Assembly: GCA_963779315.1 (NCBI GenBank)
Contig: CAVZXQ010000003.1
Location: forward strand, 162,447 to 226,446
DNA length: 64,000 bases
Source: an uncultured Chloroflexia bacterium
GTDB lineage: Bacteria > Chloroflexota > Limnocylindria > Limnocylindrales > CSP1-4
Direction of reading: 5' to 3'
A program made the translations under genes and the position numbers. The notes below the pieces were generated by a model that worked only from the letters and a program-made list of their open reading frames with translations, made no database searches and was not told where the DNA came from. Positions 11,716 to 22,027 of this stretch are shown in pieces (positions within the stretch are counted from its first letter, which is position 1; each line of letters begins with the position of its first letter).

Positions 11716-12374
11716 TGGTCACCGTTGGACGGCGGGCCTACGACCTGATGTACCGGTTCGGGGCGCCGTGGGAGGGCGCCGATCGGGTCGAGCTCCGCGC
11801 GCTCGTCGCGGACGGGCGTTGCGCGCCTGAGACGCTTCGACGGCCCGGTGCGCCGGTCGCCCGGGCGATCGACCTGGGCTGTGGCGCCGGTGGCGTCTCG
11901 CTCGAGCTTGCCGAGGCAGGGTTCGCGGTCACCGGCGTGGACTTCTCGCCGGTGGCGCTGGAGAAGGCACGGGCGGCCGCGGAGCGGCGTGGCCTGGGCC
12001 CAGAACGCGTCAGGTTCCTGGCGGGCGACCTGACGGCGGGGCACGTACCGGGCGTCGCGGGGCCATTCGACCTGCTCGTGGACTACGGCACGCTCGACGA
12101 CCTGCCGGATGCCGGGCGGCGGGCGATGGCCCGCTACGTCACCGGGCTCGCCAGGCCGGGCTCGCGGTTCTTCCTGTTCGCGTTCTCCGGCCGCCTCGAA
12201 GACCTGCCGCGGATGAGCTTCGGCGGTCCATCGAGGGCGTTCCCGGGTCTTGTGCCCGGGGAGGTGGAGGACCTGTTCGAGCCGGCGTTCCGGATCGAGG
12301 TCCTCCAGGCGCCGACGCGAACCAGCCACATCGCGACCTACCTGCTCGAGCGATCCGAGGCCACCGGTGCCTGA
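11715..12374 (+). CDS. Class I SAM-dependent methyltransferase
   Basis: AIDLGCGAG, GVDFSPVAL and FDLLVDYG. Confidence 0.9.
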   Translation: MVTVGRRAYDLMYRFGAPWEGADRVELRALVADGRCAPETLRRPGAPVARAIDLGCGAGGVSLELAEAGFAVTGVDFSPVALEKARAAAERRGLGPERVRFLAGDLTAGHVPGVAGPFDLLVDYGTLDDLPDAGRRAMARYVTGLARPGSRFFLFAFSGRLEDLPRMSFGGPSRAFPGLVPGEVEDLFEPAFRIEVLQAPTRTSHIATYLLERSEATGA

Positions 12375-12992
12375 CCCCCTGACTGTCGCCGCGGCCCTCC
12401 TGGTCGCCGGCCCGGTGATCGGCACGCTCTGCCTGCTCTACCCGCCCTTCTGGCGGGTCTGGACGGTGCCGCGGGAGGAACACTTCGCGCTCGTCGCCGC
12501 CCACCGTCTGGCCTGGACGATGGCCAACGTCGGGTTCACGATCGCGACCGTCCTGACGGCCGCCGGACTCGTCGTCCTCGCCGGCTCGCTGGCCATCGCC
12601 GATGGACCGAGGGCGGTCCTGCTCGCCGGCGCGGTCGCCTATGCCATCGCGGGTTCGCTCTGGTGCGCCGTCCTGGCGATCCGGAACCGGCTGACCCCGG
12701 CCCTGGCGGCGTTGGTGGCGACCGGCACGCCGACCGAACCGGCCGAGACCCTCCTCGGTGCGTGACCGGAGGGTTGTACTCGGCGTTCATGTTGACGACT
12801 GGCCTTGTGCTCGTCGCGATCGGGCTGGCGCTCGTGGTCGGCGGCGGCGTCGCGGCTCCGGTGGCCTGGGCGGTCACGTTGCTCGCGACCGGGGCGCTCG
12901 TGGGTTTCTTCGCCCTCGACGGCTTCCTGCCGGCCGCCATCTATCCACCGACACTCCTCATCGGGCTCGCGCTGTCGCTGGGCTGGACATGA
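12367..12992 (+). CDS. Hypothetical membrane protein (frameshift near 12760)
   Basis: Two hydrophobic ORF halves; GTG overlaps the upstream gene end. Confidence 0.65.
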
Positions 12993-13524
12993 CCAGCTCG
13001 GCTGGCCGGATCACGATCGTCAGCGGGGTGTTCTCCGCAGTCGGCGTGGTGTTCCTGTTCGCGATGTACGCCTCGTTCGCGGTCGGGGCGCAGTCGATCG
13101 GGCTCGTGTTCGGCCGGATCAACGACACCCTGATCATGATCGCCTACCTGCTCGCCATCCCGAGCGTGCTCGCCCTGCACGAGCTATTGCGGCCGCGTTG
13201 GCCGACCCTGAGCCGCGTGCTGTCGGTGATCGGGGTCGGCGCCATCATCGCGATCGTCATCCTGCAGTCCCTCCTGGTCGCCGAGGTGCTGACGTTCGAG
13301 GAGCAGATCGGACCGGTCTCGGTCGCACTCCTGGTCCTGGGTGGCTGGTTCATCGCCACGGGCTACCTGGGGCGCACGCTCGGCGTGCTTCCGCGCGGCG
13401 CCCGGATGGGTGTCCTGGCGGCGACGTATGTCGGATACCCCATCTGGGCCATCTGGCTGGGCCGCAGGCTCATCGGCGCCGGCCCCTGTATCACCTGCGC
13501 CGTCGCCACCCATCGTCCCCGTGA
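12989..13524 (+). CDS. Hypothetical membrane protein
   Basis: About 5 TM segments from ATG 12989; 3' end uncertain. Confidence 0.65.
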
Positions 13525-13536
13525 AGGAGTAGCGCC

Positions 13537-13992
13537 TTGTATGAGCTGGTCAAGTACGTCCACATCCTGTGTGCCGTCGCGTGGGTCGGTGGCGCCTTCT
13601 ACGCCCAGGTCCTCGCACTGCTGGTGGCGAAGTCATCCGATCCGGCGGATCTCCCCAAACTGGGCCGCCACATCGAGTTCATCGGCACCCGCGTCTTCCT
13701 GCCGGCCTCGATCCTGCTGTTCATCGCCGGCGTCATCCTCACGACCCAGCGCTGGGCGTTCCAGCAGACGTGGATCTCGATCGCGATCGTGCTCTGGCTG
13801 TTCTCGGCGCTTGTCGGTTCGCTCTATCTTGGTCCGCGATCCAAGAAAGTCGCCGAGCTCTTCGACGCGGAAGGCCCCACGTCGACGGCCGGTCGCGCGT
13901 TGCTCGGCAGGTTGTTCCTGGTGTCGCGCCTCGAACTCGCGTCGTTCCTGGTCGTCATCGCCCTGATGGTCGCGAAGCCGACGCTCGGCTAG
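13537..13992 (+). CDS. DUF2269-like membrane protein
   Basis: KYVHILCAVAWVGG at the N-terminus and LMVAKP at the C-terminus. Confidence 0.8.
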   Translation: MYELVKYVHILCAVAWVGGAFYAQVLALLVAKSSDPADLPKLGRHIEFIGTRVFLPASILLFIAGVILTTQRWAFQQTWISIAIVLWLFSALVGSLYLGPRSKKVAELFDAEGPTSTAGRALLGRLFLVSRLELASFLVVIALMVAKPTLG

Positions 13993-14104
13993 CAGGCCCG
14001 GTCGAGGTAGGGGCAGCACGATGGACCGCGCGGCCTCGTGTCGACGTTGCTCCGCGTCGTATCCTGCCACTCATCACTCGGCCGGCTCGGAGGGAGGTGC
14101 CTCG

Positions 14105-14596
14105 GTGGAGTTCTATCCGTGGGTCGTGATCGCCCACGTGGTCTTCGTGATCGTGGCGTTCGGTGCGCACGGGGTCTCGGCCTTCGCGATGTTCCGGCTT
14201 CGGTCCGAAACCGATCGCGCACGGGCGGCCGCGGTCCTGGACCTCTCGACGGTCTCCCTCACGGCCGCGGGCATCGGCCTTGGCGCGGCCGTGCTGCTCG
14301 GGATCGTCGCCGCGATGATCGGCGGTCACTTCGGCCGGGGCTGGCCCTGGGCGTCGATCGTGGTGGTGGTGGTGACCTGGCTCGCGATGACGCCGATGGC
14401 GGCCGGCCCGATGGGCGAGGTGCGCCGGCAACTCGGGATGCGGACCCGCGGCGACAAGGACGGCCAGATCCGCGAACCCGGCTCCGACGAGGCGTTCGCG
14501 GCGGCACGTGCCAGACTCAAGCCCGAACTGGTCGCCGTCATCGGGATCGTTGCGATCGTCATCCTCGTGTGGTTGATGGAGATGAAGCCGTTCTGA
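14105..14596 (+). CDS. DUF2269-like membrane protein, second paralog
   Basis: IAHVVFVIVAFGAHG and WLMEMKPF end; GGAGG RBS before GTG 14105. Confidence 0.75.
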   Translation: MEFYPWVVIAHVVFVIVAFGAHGVSAFAMFRLRSETDRARAAAVLDLSTVSLTAAGIGLGAAVLLGIVAAMIGGHFGRGWPWASIVVVVVTWLAMTPMAAGPMGEVRRQLGMRTRGDKDGQIREPGSDEAFAAARARLKPELVAVIGIVAIVILVWLMEMKPF

Positions 14597-14615
14597 CCCA
14601 CCGTGAGCCTCAGCC

Positions 14616-15629
14616 ATGAAGATCGCTCACGTTCGGGAGCGCGCCGCACCGGCGGGTGCCCCATGGCGGCTGGCCGGAGCGCTCGATCCGGACGAGCGGC
14701 CCGGCCGCTGGCTGGACCTGGAGGTGGCCCGCCGTCGGGCGGTGGCCGCGAACGGCAACCTCGCCCACAACGCCGCCCTGTATCGATCGCCCTTGACGAC
14801 GCTTGACGACCACCTGGCACGCGGCCTGCGGGTGGAGTCGCTGCGCGAAGTACTCGAGGGATTCGAGGCACGCGAGGACGACGATCCGGCCATCCTGCCC
14901 GGTCCCGAACTCGCCTTCGGGCCGCCCGTCCTGCGGCCGCCGTCGATCCGCGACTTCTACGCGTTCGAGGGGCATGTCCGGGCGATGTGGGCGCGCCGCA
15001 GCGCGGCGATCCCGGATCGCTGGTACACGCTGCCGGTCTTCTACTTCACCAACACATCGGAGATCCGCGGACACGACGATGCGATCTGGGCACCACGCGG
15101 CTGTCGGGAGCTCGACTACGAGCTCGAGGTCGCGGCGATCATCGACACACCGGCGATCGACCTCGCCGCGGAGCGCGCCGAGGAGGCGATCGGCGGCTTC
15201 ACGATCTTCGACGACTGGTCCGCACGCGATCTGCAGCGCGAGGAGATGGCGCTCCAGCTGGGCCCGGCCAAAGGCAAGGACTTCGCGAGCGCCTTCGGAC
15301 CGTACCTGGTGACGCCGGACGAACTGGCGGACGTCCGAAGCGGCACCGGCTACGACCTCGCGATGACGGTGGCGGTGAACGGCGTCGAGACCGGCCGCGC
15401 GCGCTGGTCGGACGCGCACTTCAGCTTCGGCGAGATGCTGGCCAGGGCGTCTGCGGACGTCCATCTTCGCGCCGGCGAGATCGTGGGCAGCGGTACGGTC
15501 GGGACGGGCTGCCTGCTCGAGACGAAGGAGGCGACCCTGGGCCGCTACCTCGAGCCGGGCGATGTCGTCACGCTCGCCATCGAACGCCTGGGTGAGCTCC
15601 GGAACCCGATCGCGCCGCGTCCGACCTGA
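14616..15629 (+). CDS. Fumarylacetoacetate hydrolase family protein
   Basis: IRDFYAFEGH, LDYELEVA, DWSARDLQ, KGKDF and GSGTVG. Confidence 0.92.
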   Translation: MKIAHVRERAAPAGAPWRLAGALDPDERPGRWLDLEVARRRAVAANGNLAHNAALYRSPLTTLDDHLARGLRVESLREVLEGFEAREDDDPAILPGPELAFGPPVLRPPSIRDFYAFEGHVRAMWARRSAAIPDRWYTLPVFYFTNTSEIRGHDDAIWAPRGCRELDYELEVAAIIDTPAIDLAAERAEEAIGGFTIFDDWSARDLQREEMALQLGPAKGKDFASAFGPYLVTPDELADVRSGTGYDLAMTVAVNGVETGRARWSDAHFSFGEMLARASADVHLRAGEIVGSGTVGTGCLLETKEATLGRYLEPGDVVTLAIERLGELRNPIAPRPT

Positions 15630-15722
15630 GCACGTCAGCCACGAAGATCGAACCATTCGGGCCAACGCCGACTCATCGGGGGCATAGCGTCCAGGTCGGA
15701 CGCCTTTAGGGAGGGCCGGTGG

Positions 15723-16274
15723 GTGCAACGAGCACTCGTGGACCTGGCTCGACGGGGAGATGAAGAGGCGTTCGCCGACCTCGCACGTGCGGTCGGCGAT
15801 CGGTTGATGGCGATCGCGTACAGGATCCTGCGCGACGTCGATCGAGCCGAGGACGCCGTCCAGCAGACCCTCGTCACCGCCTGGCGCGAGCTGCCATCGC
15901 TGCGCGATGCCGATCGGTTCGATGCCTGGCTTCGGCGGATCCTCGTCCACGCGTGTTACGCGGAGGCGAGGCGGCGACGCAGCTGGGCCGCCAACGTTCG
16001 CATCCTGCCGGTCGACGGACCGGATGGGCGCGACGACATGGCGACCGTCCTTCAGCGTGATCTTCTCGAGCGTGCGTTCCGGCGCGTGTCGCCGGAGCAG
16101 AGCGCGATCTTCGTCCTGCATCACTACGTGGGCTTGACCCTTGCGGAGGTCGCCGACGAACTCGGCGTACCACTCGGGACGGTCAAGTCCCGCTTGCACT
16201 ACGCCACGCAATCTCTTCGGGCGGCGCTCGACGCCGATGCCCGGACAGTCTCATCGACGGAGCGTCTCGCATGA
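15723..16274 (+). CDS. ECF RNA polymerase sigma factor 1
   Basis: AEDAVQQ, FDAWLRRIL (region 2) and GVPLGTVKSRLHYA (region 4). Confidence 0.93.
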   Translation: MQRALVDLARRGDEEAFADLARAVGDRLMAIAYRILRDVDRAEDAVQQTLVTAWRELPSLRDADRFDAWLRRILVHACYAEARRRRSWAANVRILPVDGPDGRDDMATVLQRDLLERAFRRVSPEQSAIFVLHHYVGLTLAEVADELGVPLGTVKSRLHYATQSLRAALDADARTVSSTERLA

Positions 16275-17542
16275 CTACAGACCGCGACTTCGACCGGATC
16301 GCGATGGCCTGGCTGGCCGACGGTCCGGAGGAACTCTCCGATCGGGTATTGGACGCCGTCGTCGATGAGATCCACGTCACTCGACAGCGGCACGCCCTGC
16401 GCCTGCCGTGGAGGTTCTCGACCATGACCACACCTGCTCGCGTCGCCACGGCCGCCGTCATCGGCGTGCTCGCGGTCGGCGGCGCTCTCTTCGCCTTCAA
16501 CCGGTCGCAACCCGCCGTCGGCGGACCCGGGCCGAGCCCGACGCCCGTCGTCTCAGCGGTCCCATCCGTCGCGCCAAGCACGTCCCCCGCCGCCGTGACG
16601 GACCGCTCAGACGTCCCGGGACGGCTCCTGGTCCAGCATCTCGGCAACGCCCTGGACGGCTCAGAGGCGTCCGCGACGGACGGGAACTTCGGCACGCGGC
16701 GGTTCTACCTGATGGACCCCGACGGATCGAACATCACGGAGCTCCTGCCGGGCCAGCCTGCCGCCGGCAAGAACATGGCCGACATCTCGCCGGACGGCAC
16801 CAAGGTCGTGTTCATGGATTGGTCCGACACCCCGGCGATCCATGAGGTCAACCTGGACGGGACCGGCTATCGCCAGATCACGACGACGCGTGCGACTGCA
16901 TCGAGGGCGATCCGGCCTATTCGCCGGACGGCAAGCAGATCGCCTTCGTGCGAGAGTTCCTGGGCACGTTCCGGATCGGGATCCGCGACCTCGCGACAGG
17001 CATCGTGACGATGCACGGAGAGACCGAAGGGACCGACCGGGCGACACGGCGCGAGTACCCGGAACAGCCCAGCTGGTCGCCCGATGGCACCGAGATCGTC
17101 TACCAGGTGACGACGCGCGACGACAGCGACCAGATCCTTTCCTCGAGGATCCGGATCGTCGATCTCGAGTCCAGGCAGGGCCGGGACCTCCCGATCCCGC
17201 CCGAACTGAAGGCGGGCGAGCCGAAGTTCTCACCCGACGGCTCGTTGATCCTGTTCGTGTCCGGACCCGCCGAGCAGACGCTGGGGCAGGTGCGGCCTCG
17301 GCGGTGTCTACACGATCAAGCCGGACGGGACCGCCATGACGGAAATCTCGCCGAGGACGAAGGGACGGGCGCCAGCTGGACGCCCGACGGCAAGCACATC
17401 CTGTACTACGACCAGAACAACATCTGGCTGATGGACCCGGATGGCGCCAACAAGGCGCTGTGGAGCGCCAACGGGCCGGACCTCAGCAACAACGGAACGC
17501 GGCTACGGCTACACGACCTACTGGATCCCGCCAGCCCCCTGA
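16271..17542 (+). CDS. Putative anti-sigma factor 1, single TM, with TolB/PD40 propeller (frameshifted)
   Basis: ATGA overlap with the sigma gene, TM helix, Pro/Ser/Thr linker and SPDG repeats. Confidence 0.75.
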
Positions 17543-17557
17543 TCCACCCCTCACCAT

Positions 17558-17586
17558 GGCCGGCCTCTCCTTCGGGGAGGCCGGTC
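17558..17586 (+). terminator. Stem-loop with TTCG loop after anti-sigma 1
   Basis: GGCCGGCCTCTCC-TTCG-GGGAGGCCGGTC. Confidence 0.6.
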
Positions 17587-17619
17587 GTTCCGCGTCCCGC
17601 GTCTGACTATCATTCGCCG

Positions 17620-18144
17620 ATGGGATCCGCTCGGGCCGCGAAGCTCCGCATCGAGCCGATGACGGCCGCCGACTGGCCGGAGGTGCGGCGGATCTACGCC
17701 CAGGGCATCGCGACCGGCGATGCCACGCTGGAGCGCGAGGCGCCCGACTGGGATCACTTCGATCGATCGCACCCGAGCGAGTGCCGATTCGTCGCTCGGG
17801 CCAAGCCGGGTGGTCCCGTTCTCGGCTGGACGGCGCTTGGTCATTACTCCGCCCGCAAGGTCTACAGCGGCGTCGCCTGGGAGAGCGTCTACGTTGCAGA
17901 GGACGCCCGGGGACGCGGTGTCGGCCAGGCGCTCCTGCGGGCGCTCATCGGCGAATCGGAGGCCGCCGGTTACTGGACCCTGTTCGCCGGCGTCATGGTG
18001 GAGAACGCCGCCTCGATCGCCCTGCACGAGTCGGTCGGCTTTCGACGGGTCGGCGTCCAGCGCGGCATGGGCCAGGATGCCGGCGGTCGCTGGCGGGATG
18101 TCGTCCTGCTCGAGCGCCGGAGCGAGGTCGTCGGGGCGGACTGA
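17620..18144 (+). CDS. GNAT N-acetyltransferase (YncA/phosphinothricin-type)
   Basis: IYAQGIATGDAT, SVYVAEDARGRGVG and ENAASIALHESVGF. Confidence 0.92.
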   Translation: MGSARAAKLRIEPMTAADWPEVRRIYAQGIATGDATLEREAPDWDHFDRSHPSECRFVARAKPGGPVLGWTALGHYSARKVYSGVAWESVYVAEDARGRGVGQALLRALIGESEAAGYWTLFAGVMVENAASIALHESVGFRRVGVQRGMGQDAGGRWRDVVLLERRSEVVGAD

Positions 18145-18172
18145 CGCCGGCACGGACCTGGCGTCCGGTCGG

Positions 18173-19039
18173 TCAGCTCGCGGGAGCCTGCGCGCCAGCG
18201 CGTAGATCTGCCGGGCGCCGGTGATCCCCTTGAGTTCGTGCGACCCGCGACTCTCGAAGACCAGGTCGGATCCGGCGAGCAGCTCGTAGGTCGTCCCGGA
18301 GATCAGGACCTCGCTCGGGCCCGCCAGTGCCATGACCCGGGCGGCCATGTGGACGGCCACGCCCCGGACATTGCCCGGGACCAGCTCCACCTCGCCGGTG
18401 TGGACGCCCGCGCGGATCTCGATGCCCAGGTCGCGTGCGGCCAGCGCAGATGCCGGCTGCTGCGCGGACCGCGCGCTCGGAGCTGTCGAACAGGGCCAGG
18501 AAGCCGTCGCCGGTCGTGTCGATCTCGCGCCCGCGGAAGCGATCCAGCTCGTAGCGGCCCTTCTCGTTGTGGCGCGACAGCAGCTCGCGCCAGGCTGCGT
18601 CGCCGAGCCGCACGGCCATCGCCGTGGAGTCGACGATGTCCGTGAACAGGATCGTCGAGAGGATCCGCTCGCCGTTGCCGACCACCGGCCGCGCGAACGA
18701 GCGCATCCCGGCGAAGTCCACCGTGATCCACGGTTCGTCGCCGATGACCCACGCGTCGTGGCCGGGCGGGATCTCGAATGCCTCGCCGGCGCTGATCTCC
18801 AGCGACGTGCCGTCCTCCAGGACGCAGTGCAGCCGCCCGGCCAGGCAGTAGCCCAGGTGGTGGTACATGCACAGGTCCGTGCCGGCGATCGCCTTGACGT
18901 CCGTCGACCAGCGCCAGCCCGGTTCGTACACGGTCTTGCCGACGATGTTGTCGCCGATCTCGAAGATCTCGACGCGGCCGTTCGGAAAGGTGCGCACCTC
19001 GTCCGGGGCGTCGAGGTGCTTGCGCAGGAGTCGGACCAT
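18173..19039 (-). CDS. Cupin fused to class III nucleotidyl cyclase (frameshifted)
   Basis: Cupin EPGWRWS...PPGHDAW; cyclase [22 protein letters not shown] and AVHMAAR. Confidence 0.88.
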   Translation of the reverse strand: MVRLLRKHLDAPDEVRTFPNGRVEIFEIGDNIVGKTVYEPGWRWSTDVKAIAGTDLCMYHHLGYCLAGRLHCVLEDGTSLEISAGEAFEIPPGHDAWVIGDEPWITVDFAGMRSFARPVVGNGERILSTILFTDIVDSTAMAVRLGDAAWRELLSRHNEKGRYELDRFRGREIDTTGDGFLALFDSSERAVRAAAGICAGRTRPGHRDPRGRPHRRGGAGPGQCPGRGRPHGRPGHGTGGPERGPDLRDDLRAARRIRPGLRESRVARTQGDHRRPADLRAGAQAPAS

Positions 19040-19213
19040 GCAGCCTCCGGTGTCGCGTCGTGTCCGCCGATGGTAGACCTGCCGACGCCCGTCAGTGACT
19101 CCGGGCACGATCCGGCTCCAACGCCCCGCCAGGAGGTATCTGAACGTTCCGGCCCCGTCCCCGTCATAGTGGGTGATCCGGACCGCATGGCCCGGACATC
19201 ACCGGAGGTCGAG

Positions 19214-19766
19214 GTGGATCGAGACCTCGTCGAGCTGGCCCGCAAGGGCGATCGTGAGGCGTTCGCGGTCCTGGTGCACCAGGTCAGCGACTCGCTCTAC
19301 ACGGTCGCGCATCGGATCCTGCGCGACCCGGGTCTCGCCGAGGACGCTCTGCAGAACGCCCTCGTGCTCGCCTGGCGCCGGATCCCGCACCTGCGGGAAC
19401 CGGACCGCTTCGAGGCGTGGTTCCATCGGATCCTCGTCCACGCCTGCTACGACGAATCGCAGCGGGCTCGCCAGTGGACGGCCAACGTCCGAGTCCTGCC
19501 CGTCGACGGGCCGACGACACCGGACGAGTCGGCCGCCATCGCCGACCGCGACGAACTGGAGCGCGCCTTCAGGCGCCTTCCGGTGGATCAGCGGGCGGTC
19601 TTCGTCCTGCACCACTACCTCGGGCTGCCGCTCGTGGAGATCGCCGAGATGCTGGAGATCCCCGCGGGCACGGCCCGATCCCGACTGCACTACGCCACCC
19701 GCGGGCTCCGCGCCGCCCTCGACGGCGGATGCCGAGCCCCTTGCCCAGGAAGGACGACTCGCATGA
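19214..19766 (+). CDS. ECF RNA polymerase sigma factor 2 (one extra base near 19723)
   Basis: [16 protein letters not shown] and [10 protein letters not shown]; GGAGG RBS. Confidence 0.92.
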
Positions 19767-20705
19767 CCGACGACCGTTCGATCGAACGAGCCGCCCGGTC
19801 GTGGCTCGAGATCGGCCCGACCCAGGCACCCGAGCGCGCCGTCGAGGCCGCGCTCCTCCAGATCGATACCACCACCCAGGAACGGGACTGGCACGTCCCG
19901 TGGAGGTTGCCCAAGATGACCACACCGACTCGCGTCGCCACGGCCGCCGTCATCGGCGTGCTCGCGATCGGCGGCGCGCTCTACGTGTTCGCTCCAGGCG
20001 GTTCCGTCGCCCGGTGGGCCGGGCCCGACGCCGACGCCGACGCCGGATCACGTCTCCGGCTCCCAGCCCTTCTCCGATGCCGCTCCACGATGGTCCGCTG
20101 GCCGCGGGCACGTACCTCACGCGTCACCGTTCGCACAGCCAGGCAGCGACGCGTGCTTCGTGCCACCGCAGCCTGGATGCATCGACTCGAGCCGATGACG
20201 ACTCCATCCGCGTCACGTTCACCGTCCCCGATGGCTGGGTCAGGGTCGACATCGTCGTTCCCGACGGACGCCGAGCACCGCCGCGGCCGACGGGGCGAGC
20301 CTGCATCTTCGCCCGAGGCGGCCTGGTTGTACGCCGATCCCTGTCGCGAACGCCGGCACCCCGGACGACTCCAGGTCGGCCCGACCGTCGACGACTTCGT
20401 CGACGCGCTCGCGGCGCATCCGCTGCTCGACGTGACGACCCCCGTCGACGTCGTCGCTGGCCGGGTACTCCGGGAAGTACCTCGAGCTGCAGGTACCCGC
20501 GGACCATCGCCGAGTGCTGAGGTCCGTATCTGCCCCTGGGAGCCGCGGTATCTACGCCCAGGGGCCGGGCGAGCGGTGGCACCTCTGGATCCTCGATGTC
20601 GAAGGCGTCCGCGTCGTCGTCCAGAGCATGGACTACGCTGGGACGTCGGCGCAGCACCGAGCCGAGCTCCAGGCGATCGTGGACTCGATCCAGATCGAAC
20701 CCTGA
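19763..20705 (+). CDS. Putative anti-sigma factor 2, single TM, with unrelated C-terminal domain (frameshifted)
   Basis: Same N-terminal motif as anti-sigma 1; ends [13 protein letters not shown]. Confidence 0.72.
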
Positions 20706-20739
20706 GCCCTCGGTCCTCCGCCGGCGCGGACTCGCTCTA

Positions 20740-20770
20740 GACTGGCCTCCTCACCGCGAGGAGGCCAGTC
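20740..20770 (+). promoter_or_regulatory. Perfect 13-bp hairpin containing the hmgA RBS and overlapping a -10-like TAGACT
   Basis: GACTGGCCTCCTC-ACCGC-GAGGAGGCCAGTC; ATG at 20775. Confidence 0.7.
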
Positions 20771-20774
20771 GCTC

Positions 20775-22009
20775 ATGTTCTACGCGGCCCACGGGAGCAT
20801 CCCGCCGACCCGCCACACGCAGCATCGGGCCCCTGACGGCTCGCTCTACGCGGAGGAGCTGTTCGGCGTCGAAGGGTTCTCCGGACGATCGTCGCTGCTC
20901 TACCACGTCACCCCGCCGACGCGGACCCATCGGATCGAACCGGTCGTCGGCGCGCATCTCGAGCTCGAGGAGGCCGACGACGGCTACCACCACCACCGGC
21001 TGATCGACGCGGCCGCCGTCCGAGCCGCACGGCGACGCGATCACCGGCCGGATCCCGCTGTTCTTCAACAACGATGTCGTGATGGGCGTCGTCCGGCCCG
21101 CCGACGCGATGCCGGAGAACGTGTTCTACCGGAACGGCGAAGCGGACGAGATGCTCTACGTCCACGAGGGCGAGGGCCTGCTGGACACCGTCTTCGGGCC
21201 GCTCCGCTACGGCCCGGGCGACTACCTCGTCCTGCCGATCGGCACGACCTGGCGGCTCGCCCCGGACGCCGGCAGCGAGCAGCGGATGCTGTACCTCGAG
21301 TGCCCGTCGGAGATCGAAGCGCCCGAAGCGCTATCGAAACGACTACGGCCAGCTGTTGGAGCACTCGCCGTATCTCGCAGCGCGACATCCGACTACCCGA
21401 CGATGTCCCGCCGCGGACCGACGAGGGCGAGTTCCGGGTCCACGTCAAGATGCGCAACCGGCTGACGGCCTACCACTACACGCTTCCATCCCTTCGATGT
21501 CGTCGGGTGGGACGGCTACCTGTGGCCATTCGCGTTCAACATCGGCGACTTCCAGCCCATCACGGGTCGCGTCCACCAGCCGCCGCCGGTCCACCAGACG
21601 TTCCAGGCGCGCAACTTCGTCGTGTGCTCGTTCGTGCCGCGCAAGTTCGACTACCACCCGCTCGCGATCCCGGCCCCGTACAACCACAGCAACATCAACA
21701 GCGACGAGGTCATCTACTACGTGGCCGGCAACTTCATGAGCCGCCGCGGCGTGGGGATCTAGCTCGTTCACGCTGCACCCGGCCGGCATCCCGCACGGCC
21801 CGCATCCCGGCACCGCGGAGGCGTCCATCGGCAAGGAGGCGACCGAGGAGCTGGCGGTCATGGTGGACACCTTCCATCCGCTCAAGATCACGCGTCAGGC
21901 GGCCGCCATGGAGGACGCCCGCTACCCGTACAGCTGGCTCCCGGCCGAGGACGCCTCCGGCGAGGCCCGCGAACTCGCAGACCGCGGGCCGGAGGCGTTC
22001 CCGGACTGA
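20775..22009 (+). CDS. hmgA: Homogentisate 1,2-dioxygenase (frameshifted)
   Basis: EELFGVEGFSG, NGEADEMLYVHEG, HPFDVVGWDG, VHQPPPVHQTF and HPAGIPHGP. Confidence 0.93.
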
Positions 22010-22027
22010 GCAGGAGGGCTGAGGTCC

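Noticed and set aside
21759-21762. TAG inside hmgA as a recoding site
   Set aside because: It coincides with a local frame shift and is better explained as an indel error.
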